A stretch of 63,989 nucleotides of DNA from Malacoraja senta. Its lineage: Eukaryota. The DNA lies in the NCBI GenBank assembly GCA_038087875.1, contig CM075996.1, forward strand, positions 2,606,012-2,670,000. Direction: 5' to 3'. The notes beneath the pieces are model-generated. The model had not been told where the DNA came from. It worked only from the letters and a program-made list of their open reading frames with translations, and did no database searches. Below, in pieces: positions 12,277-24,249 of the stretch (its first letter is position 1; each line of letters opens with the position of its first letter). A program made the translations under genes and the position numbers.

Positions 12277-12692
12277 GAGTCTGAAGAAGGATCTCGACCC
12301 GAAACGTCACCCGCGTCTAAAGAAGGGTCGCGACCCGAAACATCACCCAAGTCTGAAGAAAGGTCTCGAACTTTTCACTTCACTCCACATCTCGTATGTG
12401 TATGTGACGAATAAACTTGACTTGACCCGAAACATCACCCGAGTCTAAAGAAGGGTCGCGACCCGAAACATCACCCGAGTCTAAAGAAGGGTCGCGACCC
12501 GAAACGTCAACCAAGTCTGAAGAAGGGTCTCGACCCGAAACATCACCCGAGTCTAAAGAAGGGTCGCTACCCGAAACATCACCCGAGTCTAAAGAAGGGT
12601 CGCGACCCGAAACGTCAACCAAGTCTGAAGAAGGGTCTCGACCCTAAACGTCACCCCAGTCTAAAGAAGGGTCTCGATCCGAAACGTCACCC
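12277..12692 (+). repeat. Tandem array of ten 36-bp units, each a minimal hammerhead core from the Penelope pLTR
   Basis: Unit RAGT-CT(G/A)AAGA-AGGGTC(T/G)CGACCC-GAAAC(G/A)TC-ACCC; unit 3 interrupted by a short LINE tail. Confidence 0.85.
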
Positions 12693-12988
12693 AGCCCTTC
12701 TCTCCAGAGATGCTGCCTGTCCCGCTGAGTTACTCCAGCTTTGTGTCAATCTTATGAACTACAAGTTGTCTTGTAAATAGGTGGATTTTTGTTTCAACAC
12801 TCGCTGTTGTTAATCTTATATATTCAGATCTATTGATGCGCTGTAGAAAGCATTTTATCGGGATGCCTGCAGCTTGCTGTACTAAAATGATGGCCATTTC
12901 ACGTGGTATTTGGTTACCCAGAACCAACAGAATAAAGTAAGTAAAATAGCCATTTAGGCAAGTTATCGTTATTAATTTGCAGATTTAC

Positions 12989-13070
12989 CGAGTGCCTCAT
13001 CATTATCCTCAGTATCACTCGCCAATCTGAATAGTGTGGGTCTCATCTTCTCACATCGCTGGTACAATTC
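12989..13070 (-). CDS. GGA1: GGA1 exon 9 (ELYQRCEKMRPTLFRLASDTEDNDEAL), GAT
   Basis: ACACAG| acceptor, |GTAAAT donor, 82 nt. Confidence 0.96.
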
Positions 13071-13124
13071 CTGTGTAAAAGGAACAAACAGATTAAGTTA
13101 ATGTGAAACACTTCCAGGGCACTG

Positions 13125-13612
13125 CAGTCATAGAGTGATACAGTGTGGAACCCACAACATGTCCCAGCTACACCAGTCCCACCTCCCATGTTTGATCCAT
13201 ACCCCTCCAAACCGGTCCTATCCATGTACCTGTCTAACTGTTTCTTAAATGTTGGGATGGTCTCTACCTCAACCACCTCCTCTGGCAGCTTGTTCCATAC
13301 ACCCACCACCCTTTGTGTGAAAAAGTTGCCCCGCAGATGCCTATTAAATATTTCCCCCTTCACCTTAAACCTACGTCCTCTGGTCCTCGATTCCCCCCTA
13401 CTCTGGGCAAGAGACTGTGTGCGTCTACCCGATCTATTCCTCTCATGATTTTTGTACACCTGTATAAGATCACCCCTCATACTCCTGCGCTCGAGGGAAT
13501 AGAGTTCCAGCCCGATCAACCTCTCCCTGTAGCTCACACCCTCTAGCCCTGGCAACATCCTCGTAAATCTTCTCTGTACCCTTTCCAGCTTGACAACATC
13601 TTTCCTCTAACA
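13125..13612 (-). mobile_element. CR1 LINE 3' fragment (second subfamily)
   Basis: MLPGLEGVSYRERL...GNFFTQRVVGVWNKLP. Confidence 0.85.
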
Positions 13613-14039
13613 TACGGCAATTGAAACCACACCTCTCAGGACCATACGGAAACAGGATGCATTATATCCTGATACATAGAGGTGGTGTTATGACTGATAA
13701 ATAATTCAAAATGAAATAATCTTTGTGTGTGCCTCAATAAAGACAGATGGCACAAACTATTCCCACTGATCAAAGGCTGTGGGAGTGTGGAGCCAAGCAG
13801 TCCGTTTATAGCACCTTCAAATATTCCCCCCCCACCCCAATGTAGAATTTTTCCAATTTAGGTGCAATGGACCACACTATTGAGGCTCAGTTCTCCTGAC
13901 CACAACTAGAGGCTCTTCCTGACTTGTAAAAGGCTCGGTCGTAATCATGTTTTGTCTCTCCGCTGACTGGTTAGCAGTCGACAAAAGCTTTTCACTGTAC
14001 CTCGGTACACGTGACAATAAACTAAACTGGCTTCACCAC

Positions 14040-14985
14040 TGTGTGACCTCATTAGCAAATTTGCAGATGACACAAAGCTGGGCGGCAGTGTGAACTGTGA
14101 GGAGGATGCTATGAGAATGCAGGGTGACTTGGACAGGTTGGGGGAGTGAGCAGATGCATGGCAGATGAAGTTTAATGTGGATAAATGTGAGGTTTTCCAC
14201 TTTGGTAGCAAAAACAGGAAGGCAGATTACTATCTAAATGGCGTCAAGTTGGGAAAAGGGGAAGTACAACGGGATCTGGGGGTCCTTGTTCATCAGTCTA
14301 TGAAAGTAAGCATGCAGGTACAGCAGGCAGTGAAGAAAGCGAATGGCATGTTGGCCTTCATAACAAGAGGAATCGAGTATAGGAGCAAAGAGGTCCATCT
14401 GCAGTTGTACAGGGCCCTAGTGAGACCACACCTGGAGTATTGTGTAGAGTTTTGGTCCCCTAATTTGAGGAAGGACATTCTTGCTATTGAGGGAGTGCAG
14501 CATAGGTTTACAAGGTTAATTCCCGGGATGGCGGGACTGTCATATGCTGAGAGAATGGAGCAGCTGGGCTTGTACACTCTCGAGTTTAGAAGGATGAGAG
14601 GGGATCTTATTGAAACATATAAGATTGTTACGGGTTTGGACACGCTAGAGGCAGGAAACATGTTCCCGATGTTGGGGGAGTCCAGAATCAGGGGCCACAG
14701 TTTAAGGAAAAGGGGTAAGCCATTTAGAACGGAGACGAGGAAACACTTTTTCACACAGAGAGTGTTGTGAGTCTGTGGAATTCTCTGCCTCAGAGGGTGG
14801 TGGAGGCAGGTTCTCTGGATGCTTTCAAGAGAGAGCTAGATAAGGCTCTTAAAAATTGCAGAGTCAGGGGATATGGGGAGAAGGCAGGAACGGGGTACTG
14901 ATTGGGGATGATCAGCCAGGATCACATTGAATGGTGGTGTTGGCTCGAAGGGCGAATGGCCTACTACTGCACCTATTGTCTATTG
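14040..14985 (+). mobile_element. CR1 (HER1-like) LINE 3' fragment
   Basis: RT C-terminus ISKFADDTKL...RPHLEYC...WNSLP with stop/frameshift; (CTATTGT)n tail. Confidence 0.9.
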
Positions 14986-15571
14986 TCATACCCTACTCTC
15001 TTTACAGGCGTGCGAGTAAAAACGTGGAAATGCCAGTGGCTCAGTTTGACTGCCAATCGCTTGTAGTGTTTTGAGTACACAATAAGCTAAACTGTACTTA
15101 AGGGTTACGTTGCATGAACCGTTAAGCAAGATAGATTTCACGCTTATTCGGAATCGCTGAATCTATGTCAGTTTCCATCCCCAACCCAAAATAAATCAGT
15201 ATTGATCGGATTCCAGCAGAAATCCCTCTCAGCATACTCAACAAATCCACGTCTCTCTCCTCACTCAAACAGCAATCAATACTTTAGTTTAGAGATACAG
15301 CGCGTAAACAGGCCTTTCGGCCCATCAGAGTCCGCACCAACCAGCAAGTAGCTCTACCGCTGCGCCACCATATCACCCTGAATGGGACTCCCCAATTGTG
15401 GCAGGTTTGATGAATTCAATAAGCTAGGCTGCCACAAATTCATAACATGCAAGGCTCTTGTAGTCAACGGAGCAAACACTGATCTGTCACACAACAATCT
15501 TTGGTCAGCTGTCATTGTTCTTAGTTTAGTTTAGAGATACAGAGCGGAAACAGGCTCTTTCTACAACCTCT

Positions 15572-16050
15572 CTACAAGGTTAATTCCCGGGATGGCGGGA
15601 CTGTCATAGGCTGAGAGAATGGAGCAGCTGGGCTTGTACACTCTGGAGTTTAGAAGGATGAGAGGATATCTCATCGAAACATATAAGATTGTTAAGGGTT
15701 TGGACACGCTAGAGGCAGGAAACATGTTCCCGATGTTGGGGGAGTCCAGAACCAGGGGCCACAGTTTAAGAATAAGGGGTAAGCCATTTACAACGGAGAC
15801 GAGGAAACATTTTTTCTCACAGAGAGTGGTGAGTCTGTGGAATTCTCTGCCTCAGAGGGCGATGGAGGCAGGTTCTCTGGATGCTTTCAAGAGAGAGCTA
15901 GATAGGGCTCTTAAAAATAGCGGAGTCAGGGGATATGGGGAGAAGGCAGGAACGGGGTATTGATTGGGGATGATCAGCCATGATCACATTGAATGGCAGT
16001 GCTGGCTCGAAGGGCCAAATGGCCTACTCCTGCACCTATTGTCTATTGTC
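15572..16050 (+). mobile_element. CR1 LINE 3' fragment
   Basis: LGLYTLEFRRMRG...WNSLPQR; CTATTGT tail. Confidence 0.85.
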
Positions 16051-16334
16051 TTCGGTCCACCTAGCCCGCACTGACCAGCGATCATCACGTACACCAGCAC
16101 TATCTGCACACAGCAGGCAATTTACAATCTGTATTAAACAATTGAAGCCAATTAACCCACAAATCTGCATGCCCTTTGAGAGTGGGAGGAAATCAAAACA
16201 CCCAGAGAAAACCCACACAGGACACGGGGAGAACGTACAAACTCTGCACAGACAGCACCCGTAGTCAGGATGGAGCCTGGGTATCTGGTGCTGTGATGCA
16301 GCAACTCCACCGCTGCGTCACCGTGCCGCCCTAA

Positions 16335-16820
16335 CGGCCCTGTCCCACGGTGCGAGACAGGGAGTGACAATCACCTGCCACGGATACAAATAATGTCATA
16401 CACAAGAAAGGGCAGATGCTGGTTGACAAAAAGTGAACACACAGTGCTGGAGTAACACAAAGACGCAGCAGAATTTTGGAAACTTAATCCCGTCACCCAT
16501 TCCTTCTCTCCAGAGATGCTGCCTGTCCCGCTGAGTTAAAGAGTGCCCACGGTAGACTCACGAGTCACCACGGTAAACTCACGGGTTACTACGTTCTTAC
16601 AACAAGTTTAACATTTTTTAGTTCAAGAGTAAATTTGACTCGTGGAAATCTTTCATCATGTTGAAAGATTTTCACGAGTTAACAAGTTTCCCGAGTACCT
16701 GCCGTTAGCGCTACGAGTTCCGACGTTCCCGCTACGTTAATTCTACGTGATTACCACGAGTTTGAATTGTTTTAAACTCGGGGTCGCTCGTGGGTGGACT
16801 CGCACCGTGAGACAGGGGTT
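16335..16820. mobile_element. Harbinger-type MITE with internal insertion
   Basis: TIR-like CCCTGTCCCACGGTGCGAG / CTCGCACCGTGAGACAGGG flanked by TAA. Confidence 0.6.
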
Positions 16821-16922
16821 TAACTCTTTGCAGCCGAATTGCTGCTTACCCAATAAATTCCGCACAAACCCTTTAATACATGAACAATATGGAAACAGAA
16901 AGTATCTTGTTCACACACTAAC

Positions 16923-17060
16923 CTTCATTATTTCTTCATTGCTCTCCGAGGTTTCATCTTTGCTGTAGTTTTCCAGCATCTCACTCAGAAGTTTAACGTT
17001 ATTGTTGACCTCCTCAATGGCATTCACTCTTTTAGAAATCTTCTCCATTCTCTTCTGGTC
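16923..17060 (-). CDS. GGA1: GGA1 exon 8 (DQKRMEKISKRVNAIEEVNNNVKLLSEMLENYSKDETSESNEEIMK), GAT
   Basis: CCCTAG| acceptor, |GTTAGT donor, 138 nt. Confidence 0.95.
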
Positions 17061-17382
17061 CTAGGGATTTGAAGACAGTTTTGGTCAATACAGATCGCAC
17101 ACCTTTACCGGACCATTAGTGAAATTAGTGACCATTAGGCAAGAGAGAAAGAGTCAAGAAAGTAGGAGGGAGATGATTCGGTGACTGGATCAATGGGTTG
17201 GTTACTGGAGACACAAGGGACTGCAGATGCTGGAACCTTGAGCAAAACACACAGTGGTGGGGAGCTCAGGGTCAGACAGCATCTGCGGAGGTAATGGATA
17301 CATTCCTGCCACAGTCTGAAGGAGGGTCCCCAACCTGAAGCATCACCTATCCGGTCCCTCCACAGATTCCCTCCAGAGCCAG

Positions 17383-17680
17383 CACGATGGTGCAGCGGTA
17401 GAGTCGCTGCCTCACAGCGCCAGAGTCCCGGGTTCGATTCTGACTACGGGTGCTGTCTGTACGGAGTTCATACATTCGCCCCGTGACAGTGTGGGTTTTC
17501 TCCGTGAGCTCCGCTTTTATCCCTCATTCTAAAGATGTACAGGTTTGTAGATTCATTGGCTACGGTAAAAATTATAAATTGTCCCTAGTGTGTGTAGGAT
17601 AGTGTTAGTGTGCGGGTATCACTGGTCGGCACGCACTTGGTGGGCCGAAGGGCCTGTTTGCCGTGCTCTATCCCTAAAAC
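17383..17680 (+). mobile_element. tRNA-derived V-type SINE (HE1-like)
   Basis: A box TGGTGCAGCGG, B box GGTTCGATTC, V-domain GTTTCCTCCCAC-type core, CR1-like tail. Confidence 0.8.
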
Positions 17681-18237
17681 CAAACAAGGAACTCCTGTGA
17701 AAGTAGACAAAAATGCTGGAGAAACTCAGCGGGTGAGGCAGCATCTATGGAGCGAAGGAAATAGGCGAGGTTTTGGGTCAAAATCGAAGGTAGACAAAAA
17801 TGCTGGAGAAACTCAGCGGGTGAGGCAGCATCTATGGAGCGTAGGAAATAGGCGAAGTTTCGGGTCAAAACCCGAAACATCGTCCTATTTCCTTCGTTCC
17901 ATGGATGCTGCCTCACCCGCTGAGTTTCTCCAGCATTTTTGTCTACCTTCGATTTTCCAGCATCTGCAGTTCCTTCCTAAACAAAACTCCCGTGAAAGGG
18001 TCGTCTATGGCTGGTGTGGACTCAGTGGGCCGAAGACCCCGTTTACATGCTGCAACTCTAAACAATTACATGAATGTTTGACGTGGAATGGCAAGCAGAT
18101 ATTCCCCCGCACTAAATCGCCAGATCATGAGACAGTGAAAGCAACAAACGTATGCCTCCTGTTTGACATTAAGTGCCCGCCGTGGGCCTTCCAGGTAATC
18201 ACACAGTCGGCAATGCCTTTCAGGAACTTTGACCAAC

Positions 18238-18318
18238 CTCTTGGACCATCTCCTTGATTAGCTTATTTGCAGCTCGGAGATCTTCAGGGTGGTTGCTCTT
18301 CAGCAGTCTTGCCAATAG
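18238..18318 (-). CDS. GGA1: GGA1 exon 7 (LLARLLKSNHPEDLRAANKLIKEMVQE), N-GAT ARF-binding
   Basis: TTTCAG| acceptor, |GTTGGT donor, 81 nt. Confidence 0.96.
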
Positions 18319-19721
18319 CTGAAAAGAAACAGTAGGAATCAAAATTATGGAATTTCATACGGTCACAATACAACTGGTTCAGAAGCTGAACAATATGGTC
18401 TCGACCTGAATGATCACCCACTCCTAACATTGATCTATTCCATTTTCCTTGAACCTCATCCCCTTTGATGTCTTGTTTTCACACCTCACACTTCCTTATC
18501 TGTGTGTGTCTCTCTCTCTCCCCTGGTGCACGGGCATCACTGGTCGGCGCCGACTTGGTGGGTCAAAGGGCCTATTTCCGTTCTGTATCTCTCAACAAAA
18601 TTTGTTGTGTCCTTTTGTCAACAGTAGTACATAATCAACCAAATCCTTTTCTGACCGACTGGATGGCAAGATCGTGAAAGGTTCTATATAAAGGCATTTT
18701 TTTTTCCTACTTTTCCTTCCCATATGCAGTAAATGTATAGAATATTTGTTCATCTGGAAGATCAAATATTAAACACAAGGTAATAGCTTAAGAGTTATTC
18801 TTATCTCAAGATTTTTGACTATCAGACCATAAGGCATGGGAGCAGAAATAGGCCATTTGGCCCATCGAGTCTATTTTAGCATTCGATCACACCTAATCTA
18901 TTTTTCCCTCCTCCTCCTCCCCATAACATTTGGTGCCATTACTAATCATGAACCTATTAATATCCACTAAGAAACACCCAATATCTTGGCCTCCTCTGCA
19001 ATCCCCTTTGATGTCTTGTTTTCACACCTCACACTTCCTTATCTGTGTGTCTCTCTCTCCCTCCCCCAACACTCAGCCTGAACAAGGGTTTTGACCCGAA
19101 ACATCACCCACTCCTTCTATCCAGAGATGCTGCCTGCCCCGCTGAGTTACTCCAGCATTTTGTGTCTATCTTCAGAGTAAACTAGCACCTGCAGTTCCTT
19201 CCGACACAATATAATCTATGATATAGTCAGAAAATGCTGTGAACCTCATCAGCTTTCAGGCGGTGACTATACAACGCCCCCTAGTGTCTCTAGAGGCAAA
19301 ATGTAGAAATAAAGAATTCCAGAGATGCTGCCTGACCTGCTGAGTTACTCCAGCACTTTGGGTCCTTTTGTCTATTGACCAACATCTTCATTGGAAGAGT
19401 CAGAAGAGGGGTGTCAACTTGAGACGTCACCTGTCCATGTTCTCTCGAGATGCTGCCTGATCCGCTGAGTTATTCCAGCACTCGGAGGCACGGTGGCGCA
19501 GCGGTACAGTTGCTGCCTCACAGCGCCCGAGACCCGGAATTGAATCGGACTATGGATGCTATCGCGGGTGTGAGTGTGAGTGCGGGTGTGAGTGTGAGTG
19601 CATGTGTGGGTGCAAGTGTGAGTGCGAGTGTGGGTGCAAGTGCGAGTGTGGGTGTGAGTGCAAGTGTGAGTGTGAGTGCGAGCGTTAGTGCGGGTGCGAG
19701 TGTGAGTGCGGGTGCGAGTGT

Positions 19722-19865
19722 CTTCTTCTTCTTCTTGCGTGTGGCGTGCACGGCCTAAAGTTGTCGGACAACGTGTTCTATTTGATCTTATTTGATTGTG
19801 CACGCCGGGTTGATTGCATTCGTCGAAACAGGGCGAACCACATGAAGGTTGCAATCTCCCACCCC
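19722..19865 (-). mobile_element. Short retroposon with 5' HDV-like ribozyme and (AAG)n tail, copy 2 (sense to GGA1)
   Basis: Inserted in the GT-rich tail of a SINE with a short AGTGT duplication; same sequence family. Confidence 0.85.
19812..19865 (-). ncRNA. Predicted minimal HDV/CPEB3-like self-cleaving ribozyme (54 nt)
   Basis: P1 GGGGUGG/UCGCCCU, P2 GAUUGCA/UGCAAUC, P3 ACC/GGU, L3 UUCAUGU, J4/2 CGAA (catalytic C at 19822). Confidence 0.7.
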
Positions 19866-21410
19866 AGTGTGAATGTGAGTGCGGGCGTTGGCGTGGGCGT
19901 GAGTGCGGGCGTTGGTGTGGGTGTTGGTGCACGGGCATCACTGGTCGGCGCCGACTTGGTGGGTCAAAGGGCCTATTTCCGTTCTGTATCTCTCAACAAA
20001 ATTTGTTGTGTCCTTTTGTCAACAGTAGTACATAATCAACCAAATCCTTTTCTGACCGACTGGATGGCAAGATCGTGAAAGGTTCTATATAAAGGCAATT
20101 TTTTTTTCTACTTTTCCCTCCCATATGCAGTAAATGTATAGAATATTTGTTCATCTGGAAGATCAAATATTAAACACAAGGTAATAGCTTAAGAGTTATT
20201 CTTATCTCAAGATTTTTGACTATCAGACCATAAGGCATGGGAGCAGAAATAGGCCATTTGGCCCATCGAGTCTATTTTAGCATTCGATCACACCTAATCT
20301 ATTATTCCCTCCTCCTCCTCCCCATAACATTTGGTGCCATTACTAAACATGAACCTATTAATATCCACTTAAGAAACACCCAATATCTTGGCCTCCTCTG
20401 CAATCTGTGGCAATGAATTCCAGATTCACTGCCGTCCGGCTAAAGAAATTGCTCCTCATCTCTATTCTAAAAGGTACATCCTCTCATTCTGAGGCCGAGC
20501 TCTTTAGATCTAGACTCTTCCATAACTGGGAACAACCTTCCCGCATCCATTCTATCAAGGCCTACTGCCTCTCTATTTTGTGCATTTAAAATGATCCCAC
20601 TTCCTCCTCTATGTTTAAGAAGGAACTGCAGATGCTGGAAAAATCAAAAGTAGACAAAAAAAATGCTGGAGAAACTCAGCGGGTGAGGCAGCATCTATGG
20701 AGAAAAGGAGCAGGTGACGTTTCGGGTCGAGACCCTGCTTCAGACTGATGTCGGGGGGCGGTACGTTCATACCGCTAGGGGTAGTTTGAGCATTGACTTC
20801 TCTATTTTCAGGTAGTCCTTGATTTGTCCCGCCTTTCCCCTCCCCTTCCCAGCTCTCCCTCGTAGCCCACTGTCTCTGCCTCTTCCTTTATTTTGCCCGC
20901 CCCCCCCCCCCCGACATCAGTGTGAAGAAGGGTCTCAACCCTAAACGTTGCCTACTCCTTTTCTCCATAAATGCTGCCTCACCCGCTGAGTTTCTCCAGC
21001 ATTTTTTCCCCATCTTCCTCTATGAATCGTAGGCAGACCTGGAAGCAGGAAGCCTTTTGGCTCCAAAGAAAAATGAGGAGAACCCAAACAGCATCAAAGA
21101 AATCCTGGAACCGTGTGTAATAAAATGAAATTTAACTCATTCAACAATCAAAAACCAATGTCTTTTGGTTCTTGAGTAGAATCATTAAAAACTGGCCCAT
21201 ATATTAAAACATCTTATATCTATACACATAACTACAACTAAATTTACTTTACTGTTTCCCAAACAATTTATCTATCTACCTATAAACATCTATTCAGTGA
21301 ATATGAATGATGATACAAGTGGCTTGAGCCTTTCTAACATAATTCGACTGAAATCTATATTTGGCCGTATCTCACTGCGGACAATCCAGCTCCAGGGATC
21401 AATGAATTAC

Positions 21411-21511
21411 CTTTGATTTTTCCTCATCTTCAAACATAGCATTCTTTGGACGCGGAGGGGGTGAAGGGAGAAGCTCTTCTTTAGGCAACACGGGATCCTG
21501 CTTTAGAATTC
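21411..21511 (-). CDS. GGA1: GGA1 exon 6 (GILKQDPVLPKEELLPSPPPRPKNAMFEDEEKSK)
   Basis: CCACAG| acceptor, |GTAATT donor, 101 nt. Confidence 0.95.
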
Positions 21512-21891
21512 CTGTGGAATAATGGGGAAAACAAAAATAAATAAATACATCCCGCCCTATGTTGATGGCAGTGCAAAGACTCTTCGCGCAGTTTAGCATG
21601 AGTACTTGTTCAATGAAGATTGCAGGATTACAAGCAAAAAAGCAAACCAGCACTCACTCATGCTTGCTGTAATTGTCAGCATGATTTTTTTAAATCTCTC
21701 ATTTTAAAAGACTTCATTTTACATTTTAAAAGACTTCAAGTGCTGGTGTAACTCAGAGGATCAGGCAGTGTTTCAGGAGAACGCGGCTAGGTTTAGAATG
21801 GAGATGAGGAGGAATTTATGTGGAGTTCATTGTCACAGACAGCTATGGAGGCCAGGATACAAGTGGGGTATGATAGGTTCTTGATTAGTAA

Positions 21892-22193
21892 AGGGCCTGT
21901 CCCACTGTACGAGGTAATTCAAGAGTTCTCTCGAGTTTAAAAAAAAATCAAACTCATGGTAAGCACGTAGAATGTACGTAGCGGGTACGTCGGAGCTCGG
22001 GACGTCTCTTAGCGGCTCGTAACGCTAACGGCAGGTACTCGGAGAAACGCGGTAAGCTCGTGAAGATTTTTCAACATGTTGAAAAATGTCCACGAGAGCC
22101 CCGAGTACCTACGAGCGGCCATTACCGTAATTCTCCGAATCAGGGGAAACTCGGGAGAACTCTTGAATTAGCTCGTACAGTGGGACAGGCCCT
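21892..22193. mobile_element. Harbinger-type MITE inserted in a CR1 fragment
   Basis: ~47-bp TIRs beginning AGGGCCTGTCCCACTGTACGAG; TAA/TGA flanks. Confidence 0.8.
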
Positions 22194-22346
22194 TGAGGGC
22201 ATCAAAGGTCAGGAGGGGAGGGGTAGGTGAAGGCAGGAGAACGGTATTGAGAGGTAGAAATAAGATAAGCCATGATCGAATAGCAGAGCAGACTCGGTGG
22301 GCCAAATGTCCTAATTCTGCTCCAGTGCCTTATGATCTAAACCAAC

Positions 22347-22470
22347 CTTGCTTTTTCAGCATGTGATAAGCTTCTGTGATCTTCAGTTCATCTGGTAAAC
22401 CCACTGTCCAACTGAACATCAATTCTAGGACTTTATTTTTCACCTTCTCGGGAGCTCGTGTTCCAAGATA
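22347..22470 (-). CDS. GGA1: GGA1 exon 5 (YLGTRAPEKVKNKVLELMFSWTVGLPDELKITEAYHMLKKQ), VHS
   Basis: CATCAG| acceptor, |GTTGGT donor, 124 nt. Confidence 0.95.
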
Positions 22471-23713
22471 CTGATGAGAAACAAAGCACAAACGATTGCA
22501 CCAAACGGCAATGCTTGAAGTAGATTTCCTAATAAAACAACTTTTTAAAAAATTGTTTAAAGTTTTGGCAGATTGTAATTGAAAGAATTTACCTCATGAG
22601 GCAACACATTTGATTTGTTTTTCTGGTGTTCTAGTCACATTGTTAACTATATGCCTGAGATTGACAGAAAAAGCTGGAGTAACTCAGCGGGTCAGACAGC
22701 ATCTCTGGAGAATAGGAATGGGTGATGTTTCGGGTCGAGACCATTCTTCAGCCTCGACCCCAAACGTCACCTATTCCTTTTCTTCAGAGATGCTGTCTGA
22801 CCCGCTGAGTTACTCCAGCTTTTTCTGTCAATCTCAGGCATATAGTTAACAAGGTGACTAGAACACCAGAAAAACAAATCAAATGTGTTGCCTCATGAGG
22901 TAAATTCTTTCAATTACAATCTGCCAAAACTTTAAACAATTTTTTAAAAAGTCTCCATTGTTAGAGGCCCACTGTCAGAGTGAGGCCCACTGCAAATTGG
23001 AGGAACAGCACCTCATAGAAACATAGAAAATAGGTGCAGGAGGAGGCCATTCGGCCCTTCGAGCCAGCACCGCCATCCATTGTGATCATGGCTGATCGTC
23101 CCCAATCAATAACCCGCGCCTGCCTTCTATCCATATCCCTTGATTCCACTAGCCCCCAGAGCTCTATCTAACTCTCTCTTAAATCCATCCAGTGATTTGG
23201 CCTCTGTGGCAGGGAATTCCACAAATTCACAACTCTCTGGGTGAAAATGTTTTTTCTCACCTCAGTCTTAAATGACCTCCCCTTTATTCTAAGACTGTGG
23301 CCCCTGGTTCTGGACTCGCCCAACATTGGGAACATTTTTCCTGCATCTAGCTTGTCCAGTCCTTTTATTTTATTTCGCTTGGGTAGTTTACACCCCAGCG
23401 GTTTGAACATTGACTTCTCTAACTTCAGACAGCCCTTGCTTTCCCTCTCTCTCCATCCCCTTCCCAGTTCTCCCAACTAGCCTTACTGTCTCCACCTACA
23501 TTCTATCTTTTAAACAAGAAGGTTTGGTGCACAAGATGGCTGATGTACCAAACCTAAAAACACTCATTACCAGCCCCGTTCCTGAAGATTATTTCATCTT
23601 AAAAACTTGCCACAAAGACTCGAATATCGGATCAAATACAGGCTGCTCATTGTTGAAGAATCCTTCAGATCTTATCACGGTACAAAGGGTCAGAATCCCA
23701 TCGTCACACTTAC

Positions 23714-23812
23714 TTTCGGCGACACCACTTTGATTAGTTCATTCAAAAATCGGAACTTTCCTACTTCATTGTGAAATCTTTTGCCACAGTTTTTCATACA
23801 CGTCTCCAAGAC
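23714..23812 (-). CDS. GGA1: GGA1 exon 4 (VLETCMKNCGKRFHNEVGKFRFLNELIKVVSPK), VHS
   Basis: ATATAG| acceptor, |GTAAGT donor, 99 nt. Confidence 0.96.
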
Positions 23813-24249
23813 CTATATTGATAAAAGATAAATGTCATTAAAGAATGGATAACGTCATTAACACTGGATGAATTTCAAATTACAAAACACTTTTGCATAT
23901 ATTTTCTAATCTCTTTAGCATTTTACAGAAAAGTACAGGGTACATTGTTGCTCCTCTTCCCTGAAAGACAACATCACGGGACTTTCTAAACTTGCACTGG
24001 TCGTTAACTGTTAGACACAAAATGCTGGAGTAACACAGGCAGCATCTCTGGAGAGAAGGAATGGGCGACGTTTCGGGTCGAGACCCTTCTTCAGACTGAC
24101 TGTTATGTCTGAACTGCAGTAACCCTGAAAATGCTGCAAATGATTTACTTGGAGTTTGTCTGAAGCTGAGGAAAGTAAACACACAAATTCCGTGACATAC
24201 AGCCCCGTGAACCTCTGCCAGGAGCATGCTTTCATGAGCACCAGCTTTG

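Noticed and set aside
12277..12692. CRISPR-like appearance of 36-bp palindromic repeats
   Set aside because: No unique spacers, no cas genes, eukaryotic intron; the units derive from the Penelope pLTR.
14165..14770. 201-aa RT-like ORF as a functional gene
   Set aside because: 5'-truncated CR1 ORF2 fragment with an upstream stop and a downstream frameshift; many similar copies in the window.
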